Positions 10,833 through 25,829 of a DNA stretch of 35,177 nucleotides are shown here, one piece after another. How positions within the stretch are numbered: position 1 is the stretch's first letter; every line of letters starts with the position of its first letter. The translations under genes were made by a program, and so were the position numbers. Under the pieces are notes generated by a model. The model did not search any database. It was not told where the DNA came from and was given only the letters and a program-made list of their open reading frames with translations. The stretch comes from Octopus sinensis (Eukaryota): NCBI RefSeq assembly GCF_006345805.1, contig NW_021829935.1, forward strand, positions 1 to 35,177, read 5' to 3'.

Positions 10833-11019
10833 TTATCTATCTATATATATATATATATATATCATCATCATCGTTTAACGTCCGCTTTCCGCGCTAGCAC
10901 GGGTTGGACGGTTCGACCGGGGTCTGGAAGCCAGGGGCTGCACCAGGCACCAGTCTGATCTGGCAGGGTTTCTACAGCTGGATGCCCTTCCTAACGCCAA
11001 CCACTCCACGAGTGTAGTG

Positions 11020-11778
11020 GGTGCTTTTTACGTGCCACCTGCACAGGTGCCAGGGGGGTCCAGCATCGGCCACGATCGGTTGGAGCTTTTAACGTGCCAC
11101 CAGCACGGAAGCCAGCTAAGGCGGAGCTGGCAACGGCCACGTTCGGATGGTGCTTTTTATGTGCCACCAGCACAGAAGCCAGTCGGGGCGGCGCTGGCAT
11201 CGGCCACGTTCGGATGATGCTTTTTATGTGCCACTGGCACAGGAGCCAGTCGGGGCGGCGCTGGCATCGGCCACTTTCGGATGGTGCTTTTTATGTGCCA
11301 CAGGCACAGGAGCCAGTCGGGGCGGAGCTGGCATCGGCCACGTTCGGATGGTGCTTTTTATGTGCCACCGGCACAGGAGCCAGTCGGGGCAGTACTAGCA
11401 TCGGCCACGTTCGTATGGTGTTTTTATGTGCCACCGGCACAGAAGCCAGTCAGGGCGTCGCTGGTATCGGCCACGTTCGGATGGTGCTTTTTATGTGCCA
11501 CCGGCACAGGAGCCAGTCGGGGCGGCGCTGGCATCGGCCACGTTCGGATGGTGCTCTTTATGTGCCACCGGCACAGCAGCCAGTCGGGGCGGCGCTGGCA
11601 TCGGCCACGTTCGGATGGTGCTTTTTATGTGCCACCAGCACAGAAGCCTGTCAGAGCGGCGCTGGCATCGGCCACGTTCGGATGGTGCTTTTTATGTGCC
11701 ACCGGCACAGAAGCCAGTCGAGGTGGCACTGGCAACGGCCACGTCTGGATGGTGCTTTTTATGTGCCACCAGCACAGG
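11020..11778. repeat. Tandem repeat of 67-bp units, ~11.5 copies, inside the LINE 3' UTR
   Basis: GTGCCAC anchors at 11032, 11094, 11161, 11228, 11295, 11362, 11428, 11495, 11562, 11629, 11696 and 11763. Confidence 0.95.
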
Positions 11779-11989
11779 TATCACAACTACTATTTCCATT
11801 GATATTTATATTTATTTCGATGTTCATGTTCATGTACTTGACTCAACAGGTCTCCTCAAGCACAGTGAGATGTTCCGGGATCCAGAGTACTTTGAATGGG
11901 CAGGGGGCTATGCAGAACTGGTGCAGGAAGCAGCCCAGGTCTTTGCAGTCACAGCATATCTCCAGAGATCTCGGTCCTTCGCCATTGCC

Positions 11990-13237
11990 TCAGTGACACT
12001 TCTTCACACATCTCTCCTCATCCATCCGCAGTACATGACCATACCATCGCAAGCGTCGCTCTTGCACACCACATCTGATGCTTCTTATGTCCAGCATTTC
12101 TCTCAGGGTGCTTACACTCTGTCGTGCGTGCACACTGACATTACACATCCAGCGGATCATGCTAGCTTCATTTCTTTCAAGTCTACGCATGTCCTCTGCA
12201 GTCACAGCCCATGTTTCACTACCGTGAAGCATGGCAGTTCGCACACATGCATCATATAATCTACCTTTCACTCTGAGCGAGAGACCCTTTGTCGCCAGTA
12301 GGGGTAGGAGCTTTCTGAACTTTGCCCAGGCTATTCGTATTCTAGTAGTGATACTCTCTGAGCATCTACCTCCACTACTAACTTGGTCACCCTGGTAGCG
12401 GAAACTATCAACTACTTCTAGTTTCTCCCCCTGGAGTGTGATGGAATCTGTTTTCTGAGTGTCTGTGGTGTCTATTGTCCCTGTGCATCTGCCGCACATG
12501 AAAGCTATCTTATCAGTTAATTTCCCTTTGATGTTGCTGCACCTCTTATGCGTCCATAGCTTACATTGGGTGCATCTTATGGAGTTTCTACCTATACCTT
12601 TCCTACAGATCGAGCAGGGCCACCTGCCCGAGGGTGTGTGTGCTGAGTTCGCCTTTCTGCTTACTATAACTTTGGTCTTTGCTACATTTACTCTAAGGCC
12701 CTTTGATTCTAACCCTTGCTTCCACAGCTGAAATTTCTTTTCTAGTTCCGGTAGTGATTCTGCTATGAGAGCCAGATCATCAGCATAGAGGAGCTCCCAG
12801 GGGCATCCTGTTTTGAATTCCTCTGTTATTGCCTGGAGGACTATTATGAATAAAAGGAGATTGAGGGCTGAGCCTTGGTGTACACCTACTTCTACCCGGA
12901 ATTCTTCACTATATTCGTTGCCAATCCTAATCTTGCTGACAGCCTCTCTGTATAGAGCCTGTACAGCCCTTATTAGCCATTCATCAATTTCCAGTTTCCG
13001 CATCGACCACCAGATAAGGGATCGGGGAACCCTGTCAAAGGCTTTCTCCAAGTCTACAAAAGCTATGTAGAGGGGTTTATATTTAGCTAGGTGTTTCTCC
13101 TGCAGTTGTCGGACCAGGAATATAGCATCAGTGGTGCTTCTACCTGGCACAAAACCGAACTGCATCTCATCTAAGCAAATTCTCTCCCTAATGAGATGGG
13201 TTATGACCCTCTCTGTGACCTTCATCACCTGATCCAA
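11990..13237 (-). CDS. RTE-clade reverse transcriptase (partial ORF2, 415 aa) with an internal PHD-type finger; probably decayed
   Basis: Motifs QFGF, FVDLEKAFDRVPR, GVHQGS, YADD (aa151-154) and LRWYGHV. SP>NL and YLG>YQG depart from the usual consensus. Confidence 0.9.
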   Translation of the reverse strand: MDQVMKVTERVITHLIRERICLDEMQFGFVPGRSTTDAIFLVRQLQEKHLAKYKPLYIAFVDLEKAFDRVPRSLIWWSMRKLEIDEWLIRAVQALYREAVSKIRIGNEYSEEFRVEVGVHQGSALNLLLFIIVLQAITEEFKTGCPWELLYADDLALIAESLPELEKKFQLWKQGLESKGLRVNVAKTKVIVSRKANSAHTPSGRWPCSICRKGIGRNSIRCTQCKLWTHKRCSNIKGKLTDKIAFMCGRCTGTIDTTDTQKTDSITLQGEKLEVVDSFRYQGDQVSSGGRCSESITTRIRIAWAKFRKLLPLLATKGLSLRVKGRLYDACVRTAMLHGSETWAVTAEDMRRLERNEASMIRWMCNVSVHARQSVSTLREMLDIRSIRCGVQERRLRWYGHVLRMDEERCVKKCH

Positions 13238-13633
13238 CAGTTTAATACCCCTGTAGTTATTTCTATCTAGAGCATCACCCTTACCCTTGTAGCAGTTGAC
13301 TATGGTGCTGCTACGCCAGTCATTGGGTATGACTCCATGTGAACTACCTGGTTTACAATGCGGGTGACTAGGCCATAGCCCACATAGCCAGCTGTTTTAA
13401 GCATCCCAGCAGTGATTCCTGATGGGCCGGGGGCTTTACCTGTTTCATATCCTTAATTGCCTTAACTACAAGGGAGCTGTCTATTCGGATAGCTGGTCCC
13501 TCTACTGGGTCAACATTGGCAGGCTCTCCTCTCCCATTCATTCTCCTCATTCAGCAGTCTTTCATAATGGCTTCTCCAAGCCTCTTTCTTTTCACCAACA
13601 TTAAAAGCAAGAGCCCCATCATCCATGCGGACA

Positions 13634-13861
13634 AAAATACAGATATATGACATGATATGATACGATATGATATCATATATTATATGATATGATATATGAT
13701 ATGATATAAATGTATTTATGTATACACACACATATATATGTATAAATACAGATATACAATATGATATGATACAATACGATACGATATGATGTATGATATG
13801 ATATGATATGATATAATATATAATATATGATACAATATGATATAATATGATATACATGCAT
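13634..13861. repeat. (ATATG)n tract, two units, mirroring 10732-10832
   Basis: AAATACAG.TATA start (again at 13743) and TACATGCAT end. Confidence 0.85.
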
Positions 13862-13915
13862 GCATGCAGGCATTCATACACATACACACATACACAAACA
13901 TACATGTATATATAT

Positions 13916-14058
13916 GGGTTTCTTTCAGCTTCTATCTACTAGATCTACTCACAAGGCTTTGGTCAGCCAGATGTCATAGGAGAGATTTGTCTACAATGCC
14001 ATGCAGTGTGACTAAGCCTGAAACTATTTGGCTGGAAAGTGACCCCCTTAACCACTCC
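13916..14058 (-). mobile_element. Old SINE family A 5' half
   Basis: Reverse complement of a diverged core (CTCACAAGGCTTTGGTC). Confidence 0.75.
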
Positions 14059-14084
14059 ACACACACACCTACACATACATATAT

Positions 14085-17990
<3,906 letters not shown>

Positions 17991-18359
17991 ATATCCCGTC
18001 CAACCCGTGCTAGCACGGAAACGGACATTAAATGATGATGATGATGATATATATATATGGCTCTGTGTGTGTGTGAATATAAAAAACTAATACAAAAATA
18101 TATCAATTCTATCAGCATCCACTTTTCTTTGTTTGCATGGATCAGACAGAGTTGATTGAGGTGGATTTTCAATGGCTGGATGCTCTTCCTATCACCAACT
18201 CTCAATTGTTTCCAAGTAAAATAATATTTCCTCGTGAACAGACATGGTTTTCACAGAAGACTAGAAATGAACTCCACTGCCTACATGATGGTGATGCTCA
18301 TTTAGAACCTTCACGTGATGTCAAGACAAAATTACACACACACATAAAAATATATGTAA

Positions 18360-18510
18360 TGAGCTTCTTTCAGTTTCCATCTACCAAATTCATTCACAAG
18401 GCTTTTGTTAGCCCCCAAGGTTGTGGTGGAAGAAAGCCACCAACCTTAAGTACCATGTAGTGGTACTGAACTTGAGTCCACATGGTTGGAAAGCAAACTT
18501 CTCAACTATA
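18360..18510 (-). mobile_element. SINE family A 5' half
   Basis: Reverse-complement core and tRNA head. Confidence 0.75.
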
Positions 18511-18594
18511 CATCTACACCTGTATATATAAAACATGTTATGTGTAATGCTAAGGTGATGGACTACTGCTGTGCTAGTTACACATATATATGCA

Positions 18595-18986
18595 TACAGT
18601 AAACCCTCGCAGTGCGAGTGCCCCATTGTACAAGTAATTTGCTGTACAAGCTGAGACTCATGTGAATTTTTATCTTGAAGTACGAGTGGAAACCTGCAGT
18701 ACAAGCACACAAATTGTTTCATTTTTAAGGTAATTCAGTTAATAAAACCAGTTTACATATTTCTTTTGCATTCTCTTTTTTTTTATAATTGTCATTTTAC
18801 TTGTAACTTCACCTTTTCTGTTTTAAAACCCATATAAAATCATTTTTGAGTGGTTTTGGCAGGGTGGAATGGATATATTATAGTTTGGTTAATTCCAGTG
18901 GGGAAAACTGATTTGTAAAACGAGTAAATTGTAAAACAAGCTCGGTCACAGAACGAATTAAACTTGTACTGTGAGGCATCACTGTA
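18595..18986. mobile_element. Tigger/pogo-like MITE
   Basis: TA-CAGT...ACTG-TA termini with imperfect TIRs (TACAGTAAACCCTCGCAGTGCGAG vs TACAGTGATGCCTCACAGTACAAG). Confidence 0.65.
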
Positions 18987-19379
18987 TATGCATGAGAAGC
19001 CATTGTATTGTGTAAGGTAGATAACTATGTTTGTTCCAGTTTACTTCGTTCACAAATTCAGCTATCGTAGCTACTTCACAACAACCCAGAAATAATTGTA
19101 TACCTTTAAAAACAATTGCCTATTAAAACATATTCTCACCATGCAATTGTAGAAAAATAAATAAAGTGGGTGTTATATAAACATGCATTCATGCATATAA
19201 ACAAATATATATTTGCATACATACATGAATACATACATACCATCACACATTCATAGTTATATATATGAGTGTGTGCATGTGTGTATACATTATTTTAGAG
19301 TTGCAAGTGAGTACAGCCAACTGTGAAATTGATTACACAAGAAAACTTTTAAACGACCAAATACAATTATATATATAAG

Positions 19380-20395
19380 CGCAGGAGTAGCTGTGTGGTA
19401 AGTAGCTTGCTTCCCAGCCACATGGTTCCAGGTTCAGTCCCACTGCATGACACCTTAGACAAATGTCTTCTACTATAGCCTCAAGCTGACCAAAGCCTTA
19501 TGAGTGGATTTGGTAGGCGGAAACTGAAAGAAGTCCGTCGTATAGATACACAGACACACGAACACAGACACACAAACGTATATATATTATGTATGTATGT
19601 ATGTCAGGTCACTTTCGAGTGCTACTGGTAACATGTAACCCAGTACAACTTGTTGCATGGTTGGGTCGTCGGCGACTAAACCAGCAACCCCACCAAGCTT
19701 GCTTGGTGAGGAGGGTGTTTATTGGACACCCTGTGGGATGAAAAACAAAACCCGTCAAAGGGCAGAGGAACTCTTGAGAGTCAGCGGCCATCCAATAAAT
19801 GTCTTAAGGATGTATCATGCGCAGGGACATAGAAATAATCGCACTGAATACCTGATCGCGCGGTTAAACCATTGGGAGTGAAGGACTCCTAGCCTTTGTT
19901 AGGGCATCCTTCTAGGAGAAGGTAACTCAGGTAACTGGGATAACTCTGACATAAAACCTGCAGCTCAGTGGTTACCGATGATGTTGACTTGTTCTTCTTT
20001 TCGGATTATGGCTGCTGTTGCTTAGTGAGTGGGATTGACTCAGTGCACAGCCTTTCCTCAGTTTCAAAAAAATCTTCTTGCACAGGCATTGCACGATAAC
20101 AACATTGGTTAAGCTTCATGCAATGGCCATACTCGATAACAAGGTGGCAGCCACCATGTATGTATGTATGTATATGTTTGTGTGTATATGTTTGTGTGTC
20201 TGCGTTTTTCCCCCCAACATCGAATGGCAACAGATGCTGGAGTGTTTACATCCCTGTAACTTAGCAGTTCAGCAAAAGAAATCAATAGACTAAGTACTAG
20301 ACTTACAAAGAATAAGTCCTGGGGTCGATTTGCTTGATTAAAGGTGGTGCTCCAGCATGGCCACGGTCAAATGACTGAAACAAATAAAAGAATAA
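19380..20395 (+). mobile_element. SINE family A split by a ~550-bp insert (head 19380-19545, 3' module 20190-20395)
   Basis: Both SINE halves are recognisable; the insert sits in the (TATG)n linker. Confidence 0.8.
19603..20155 (+). mobile_element. GC-richer structured insert, likely a retroposon leader (RTE 5' UTR-like) or a separate SINE
   Basis: (ATGT)n on both sides. CTAGGAGAAGGTAACTC resembles RTE 5' UTR motifs (from recall). A diverged partial copy lies at ~24325-24545. Confidence 0.5.
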
Positions 20396-20419
20396 CAGAA
20401 TATATATATGATGATGGTG

Positions 20420-20467
<48 letters not shown>

Positions 20468-20617
20468 TACATACACCTCTACTATATACTATATAATCAT
20501 ACAATCATACGCTTATACATATATGTGTATGTGCGCATGCTTGAGTGTGTTATTGTGCACACACACACACACACATACACTCACACACATATAGATACAC
20601 ATTCATGTATATACATA

Positions 20618-21904
20618 TCAGGTCATCCCATAAGTTCTGTCCGAATTTTGAATAAAGAAAACAAGCGATCAAATGATATATATAATAGAAATTTAATCAT
20701 CAAAGTACTATCCCTGATTATCTATGACTTCCTTCCATCTAGTTACAAGCTTTTTAATCCCATCAATGTAAAACTCTTTTGGTTTCAAAGCAAAGAATTC
20801 TGAAATGTCAGTTTCGACCTCCTGGCTTGCGAAAGTTATGTCCCCCAAATGATTCTGTAAACTATGAAACAAATGGTAGTCTGAAGGAGCAAGGTCGGGA
20901 GAATAAGGTGGATGAGGAATTTTTTCCCAACCAAACTCTTCGATCTTCTGTGATATGATCTTTGCAGTGTGGGGTCACACATTGTCCTGATGAAACATCA
21001 CTCCTATTCAATTCACTAAAACGGGTCTTTTTTTTCTTCAAAGCTTGGTTCAAACACTCTAATTGCTGACAGCAGACTTGAGCATTAATTTTTGCATTAG
21101 GTGGTAATAATCCAAAGTGAATTACTCCTTTGCAATCTCACCAGATAGAGAGAAGGCCCTTTTTTTCCATGAAGTTCCCTTCTCAGTTGTGGTTGAGCTT
21201 TTTCCCTTTTAACAAGCCACTGTTTACGATGTTTAACATTTTGATAGAAGATCCAATTTTTGTAACCAGTCACAAGTCTATCCAAAAAGGGTGAAATGAG
21301 TTCACGAGAATGGAGAGAAGAGCAAATGTCAACTCGGGATTTGCCGTTGCTTTCAGACAGTTTATGAGGCACCCATTTTCCAAGTTTAGGAACCTTTCCA
21401 AGTTGCTGAAGAGGACAATGCACAATTGTATGGTTTGAACTAAGCTTTATTGCCAATTCTTCAACTGGTAATACAGGATTTTCTTCAAGCAATGCCTCAA
21501 GGTGCTTATCATCAAACTCAACTGGACGTCCTGTTCGATCTTCATCTTCAAGGCTGAAATCTCCAATTCTGAATTTTGCAAACCATCTTCTGCAAGTTCT
21601 TTCATTCAAGCATTCTTTCCCATAAACTGAGTGTATGTTTCGAGTCACCTCGGGTGCAGAGTTTCCTTTTTTGTACTCATAAAGCATTATGTGCCTCAAA
21701 TGCTCTTTGGATACTTCCATGTTAGAAAGGGTTTTAATCAAAGAAATTTTAATTCTATTATTCTGTAAAATGATATTTAATTAGTTTAAATGTACACAAA
21801 TGCATAAAAATAATTTTTAATTCCATTAGACATTGTAAAATGCTATTAAATTTCATTCAATTTTAAAAAAGGTAAAATCGGTCAGAACTTATGGGGTGAC
21901 CTGA
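20618..21904 (-). mobile_element. Full-length (1287 bp) mariner transposon, inactive
   Basis: 27-bp TIRs (TCAGGTCATCCCATAAGTTCTGTCCGA / TCAGGTCACCCCATAAGTTCTGACCGA, 2 mismatches) with flanking TA. Confidence 0.95.
20690..21741 (-). pseudogene. Mariner transposase pseudogene
   Basis: HTH N-terminus, WVPHKL, then a frameshift. PHPPYSPDLAPSDYHLF lies in another frame. The first catalytic Asp appears lost (VTGYKNW instead of VTGDEKW). Confidence 0.92.
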
Positions 21905-21999
21905 TAGATATAAATGTGTGCACACCCACATGCACACATACACACATTTAGTGTTAGAACTATGATGTTGTGTTAGAACTGCGATGCTACATGGTAGTA

Positions 22000-22370
22000 A
22001 GACATGGATCTTGAATGCAGGGAACTTAAGAAAACTGGAAAGAAATGAAGGGAGTTTGTTCTGTTGGACGTGTAATGAAAGTGTGTTTGGACAGCAAAAT
22101 ATAAATGTAATTAGAGGAAAACTGGGCCCAAGTGGAATTAGATGTAATGTATAAGAAAGAAGGTTGCACTGATATGAAGATGTGAGAGATAACGGTATAA
22201 TGAAGTACTAATTAATATGAATGGAACTTCTGGAAGAGCAAGCCACAGGAAGACATGGAATGAAGCTGCAAAGCCTGATCTCAGGACCTTGTAACTTACA
22301 GAGATGACAAAAGACTAGGATGATTGGTGATACACAGGATTGGAGAAAACCTGCTTATCTTGACAAAACT
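22000..22370 (+). pseudogene. Highly degenerate RTE C-terminus
   Basis: GGAAGAGCAAGCCACAGGAAGACATGG is an RGRPRKTW-like motif, followed by a DL...EMTKD-like segment. Confidence 0.55.
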
Positions 22371-22554
22371 GATTCAGGGAAGTACAATGTACATGTGGCC
22401 AAATGAGGCCCCTCATTTATTTCCTTCCAAACCCTTCACCATCACCCATTATCTCTCTATTATGAATCCCTCCTCACTGCCGACATGAAATATTCTGCAA
22501 CTGTAATTCTATGAAAGTGTGTGTGTGTGTGTGTACACTTACGTAAGTGCGTGC

Positions 22555-22680
22555 GTTTAAGCAACACCATCGATCATTGTCTGGTACTTTATTCTATTGC
22601 CCTCAGGGGAACGAAAGGCAAAATCGACCTCGCTGGAATTTGAATTCCAGACGTAGAGAACCTGGAAAATACTGCACTGC
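22555..22680 (+). mobile_element. SINE family C fragment (CTGGTACTTATTTTATCGACCCCGAAAGGATGAAAGGCAAAGTCGACCTCGGCGGAATTTGAAC core)
   Basis: The same core recurs at ~9310, 31670, 32575, 33550, 34465 and 34807. Confidence 0.75.
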
Positions 22681-23159
22681 ATTTTTTAAACTAATAATTC
22701 AGCCTGCTGGACACCTTGAGGTTTCATAATATCGACTCCAGACGCTTTTTCTAAAAATCAAGCCTCCTTGAGTTTCCTCCCTTGTATTAAAATTGTCAGG
22801 AAACTCGTTTTAAGTTAATTTCCTAAAACCGAACAACTCCGTGTGTCTTTAGAAGAGAATTCTAACGTCTTACACATGAGACATGAGAGGAGACGGGGTG
22901 AAAATGGTGTAAATGATGCTAAATGGTATAAGAAAGCTGTGGGACGGTGAAATGTCAAAGAAGGGGGAATAGCAGTAAGAAGGTCGGTGAGAAACAGCAA
23001 TGGAGAAAAAAACAGAGAGGAGAAAGAAGATAAATACATATCAAAAGGTTGTGAGTACACACACAGATAGATACATACATGCATATACATATTCATATGT
23101 ATCAATACACAGATATATAGATAGATACATAGAAAGATACATACATAAACTTAGATAAA

Positions 23160-23660
23160 CCTAGATATGTTTTTACCAAAGATTGGTCCAGGCCATGTCT
23201 AACTTAATAGCACCACCTGATAGGATTATCTAAATCCTGTTTAAGTCAAGGTTTGTTTATGGTCCATTCAAGTAGTGAGTTGTATCCAGGTATGGGTGGC
23301 TTATCCGGTATTCCTTGAAGAAATCTGTCCAGACTCCGTTTAAAGGTAATGGGATCCTTTTCCTCTTTGATCTCTTTCGGGACAATGTTAAACAGGGCAG
23401 GACCTGTTGAAGAAAAGAAATTATGTTGCAGTGTACCTATATGCTGTGATCCTAAATTGGGCAGGGGACGTATGGCCCGTGGTCCCAGCCTTGGACGAAC
23501 CTTGAAACTAATGTTCAGGTCGTTTGGGCAATGCTGGCAGTATATTCTCCACATCGTACAAATGATGTACCGCTCACGTTGGCACTGGAGAGAGCAGAGT
23601 TTCAAGGCTTTAAGGTGGATCCAGTAATCAAGATAAGTCATGCCTTCAATTTGTTTAGTG
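23160..23660 (-). pseudogene. CR1/L2-group LINE ORF2 C-terminus and 3' end
   Basis: YLDYWIHLKALKLCSLQCQRERYII...GPALFNIVP...FKRSLDRFLQGIPDKP matches the YWERLKxLxLYSLQRRRERY...FKxxLDxFL pattern. Confidence 0.75.
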
Positions 23661-23723
23661 AGTGCCATACATACATACAGATATAGATAGATATAGTCAA
23701 ACATAGATACATATATATATTGG

Positions 23724-24273
23724 TCATGTGATGTGGATGGATGCCGACAGCTCCATGAAGAAATGCTGATCTCTCGAAGTAGATGGAACACATAGAAGTG
23801 GGAGACTCAGAAAGACATGGAACGAAGCACTGAAGAATGACCTCAGGAAGTGGAACCTTTCAGGCAAGACGATAAAGAACCGAAACGCCTGGTGTCTTGC
23901 TGTACTCAAGAAGACCTGTACACCGCAGCAGAATTGTTAAGACCAGTTCCACTGGTGGTGCAGATTAAAACCTCTAGAGCCCTGTGTCAATGCCACATAA
24001 AAAGTGCTTGTGGCAGTTCTATGTAAAAGCACCCATGCAGTGTCACATAAACGCAGCTATGCGGTGCCACATAAAACACCTATGCGGTGTGACATAAAAA
24101 CGCCTGTAAGGTGCCACATAGAAGCAGCCAACACTGTGTAATGTGGTTGGTGTTAGGAAGGGCATCCAGCTGTAGAAACTATGCCAAATCAGACTAGAGT
24201 CTGGTACAGCTTTCCGGCTTGCTAGCCCTGGCGAAACCATCCAACCAATGCTAGCATGGACAATGGACGTTAA

Positions 24274-24305
<32 letters not shown>

Positions 24306-24308
24306 GAT
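23724..24308 (+). mobile_element. 5'-truncated RTE copy: C-terminus, short-unit VNTR, (GAT)n tail
   Basis: HVMWMD...GRLRKTWNEALKNDL, then ~23-bp TGCCACATAAAA units, then TTAGGAAGGGCATCCAGC. Confidence 0.85.
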
Positions 24309-24699
24309 ATATATATGTGTGTGTGGTTGGCCTATTGAGGGCAGGAGGCCCCTCTCTTGTCACAATATCTCTGTAAGGAGAGGGAGACTCTGAGGGAAAA
24401 CCTGTGACAATGACAATATTTGATGACGTAGACTAGTTCTTCTTCTTTTCGAGTTTATATTGACCGTGTTCAGAGAGTGGGACTGGATTTGTGCAAAACC
24501 TTTCCCCACTATAAAAAATCATCATGTTCAGACATCACTTGAAAAAAAATGTAAGACATATCACAAAAATGGATGGTCATAATCTTTGCATGTGTGGGAC
24601 TTTTGATCAGATAATAGTAATACTTGAACACAAGTTTGCAGCCATCATGCATATATGTATTTATGTATGTGCACATGCATGCACACGTATGTGTGTGTG

Positions 24700-24900
24700 T
24701 GTGTGTGTTTGTCTCCCACCATTACTTGACAACTGGTGTTGGTGTGGTTATGTTTCCATAACTTAGCAGTTTGGCAAAAGGGACCAATAGAATAAGTACC
24801 AGGCTTTAGAAAAAAAAGTACTGGAGTCAATTCCTTTGACTAAAATTCTTCAAGGCAGTGCCCCAGCATGGCCACAGTTTAATGACTGAAACAAGTAAAA
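24700..24900 (+). mobile_element. SINE family A 3' module
   Basis: TAACTTAGCAGTT...CCAGCATGGCCACAG...GACTGAAACAAGTAAAAG. Confidence 0.8.
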
Positions 24901-24918
24901 GATACATACACATTAGCA

Positions 24919-24962
<44 letters not shown>

Positions 24963-25007
24963 ATACTTTATATGCATATTTTTTAACTTATTATCTTATC
25001 AACCATA

Positions 25008-25380
25008 ATTACCTTCATCTTGGTGCAGGCAGAGGTATTGTTTACAGTCATGTTTGTTTGTTTGTTTGTCCATGGATAAGATATCTCAAGAACCACTTGA
25101 TGGATTCGAATGAAACTTTCAGGGATGTTTGGTGTTGTCACTGACACAAACTGATTAGATTTGGGGATTGATCTGGAACCGGACAAGGATTCTTGATTAT
25201 TTTTCCGTTTTTTTTTACTTAATTTTTGAGCGCGGTTGGGTTCATTTTTAGTATTCTCGTTTGTGAGAGCAGTTGAGTTTATTTCAGAAATTCTCATTTT
25301 AAAAATCATCTCTGGCTACTCGTTGAGAGGACATTGGTGTTGCCTTGGCAGAGGTTTGTGCTCTCTGAGAGCTCTTGTTT
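25008..25380 (-). mobile_element. Helentron/HINE-like element, copy 2
   Basis: Reverse complement of 1471-1848. Confidence 0.6.
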
Positions 25381-25489
25381 AATACTAACATCATCATCCG
25401 TATTTCAATTTCTGAAAACATCTGTGAGGTTGGATGCTGGCTAATCATTTATAGAATCAATGATGTAATACAAGAAACAGCAAATTACA

Positions 25490-25790
25490 AATGACTGGTA
25501 CAGCAGTATCATCAAAAGTTGCTACAAGAGCAAAAAGGATACCTCAAAAAGAAGTAACTACAGAGGCATCAAACTGATGCACCAAGTTATGAAAATAACA
25601 GGAAAAGCTCTAGCACAATTAATTAATTAGGAATCACAACTAATTAACTCAAATGTGATGCAGTATGGTTTTGTGCCATGATAGTGTATTACTGATGCCC
25701 TCTTCTGAGTCTGGTAACTATAGAAGATATTTGTAAAGAGAAAGCCATTATACCTAGCATTCATCAGCTTAAAAAAACCTTTGGGAGGAC
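25490..25790 (+). pseudogene. Old RTE RT fragment
   Basis: DWYSSIIKSCYKSK...SNYRGIKLMHQVMKI...MQYGFVP...KPLYLAFISLKK, with stops. Confidence 0.8.
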
Positions 25791-25829
25791 ACCACATATC
25801 CTGATAGTCTCAAGAAACAATGTTCATTT

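Larger units (their letters stand above)
10862..13634 (-). mobile_element. 5'-truncated RTE-clade LINE (RT region, 3' UTR VNTR, (GAT)n tail)
   Basis: RT ORF present. The upstream frameshifted part reads GKAPGPSG...DWRSSTIVNCYKGKGDALDRNNYRGIKLLD. The 3' UTR has GTTGGCGTTAGGAAGGGCATCCAGC. No APE endonuclease is left. Confidence 0.92.

Noticed and set aside
11020-11778. CRISPR-like array
   Set aside because: The units are near-identical along their whole length, with no unique spacers. There are no cas genes, the context is eukaryotic, and the array lies in a LINE 3' UTR.
11094-12259. Long plus-strand ORFs (300, 173, 277 aa)
   Set aside because: They arise because the 67-bp unit has few plus-strand stops and cycles through the frames. 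They are antisense to the LINE and carry no recognisable domain.
21097-21741. Active or domesticated mariner transposase
   Set aside because: Frameshift before the second catalytic motif, first Asp replaced, and the TIRs are still in place, as expected for a dead copy.
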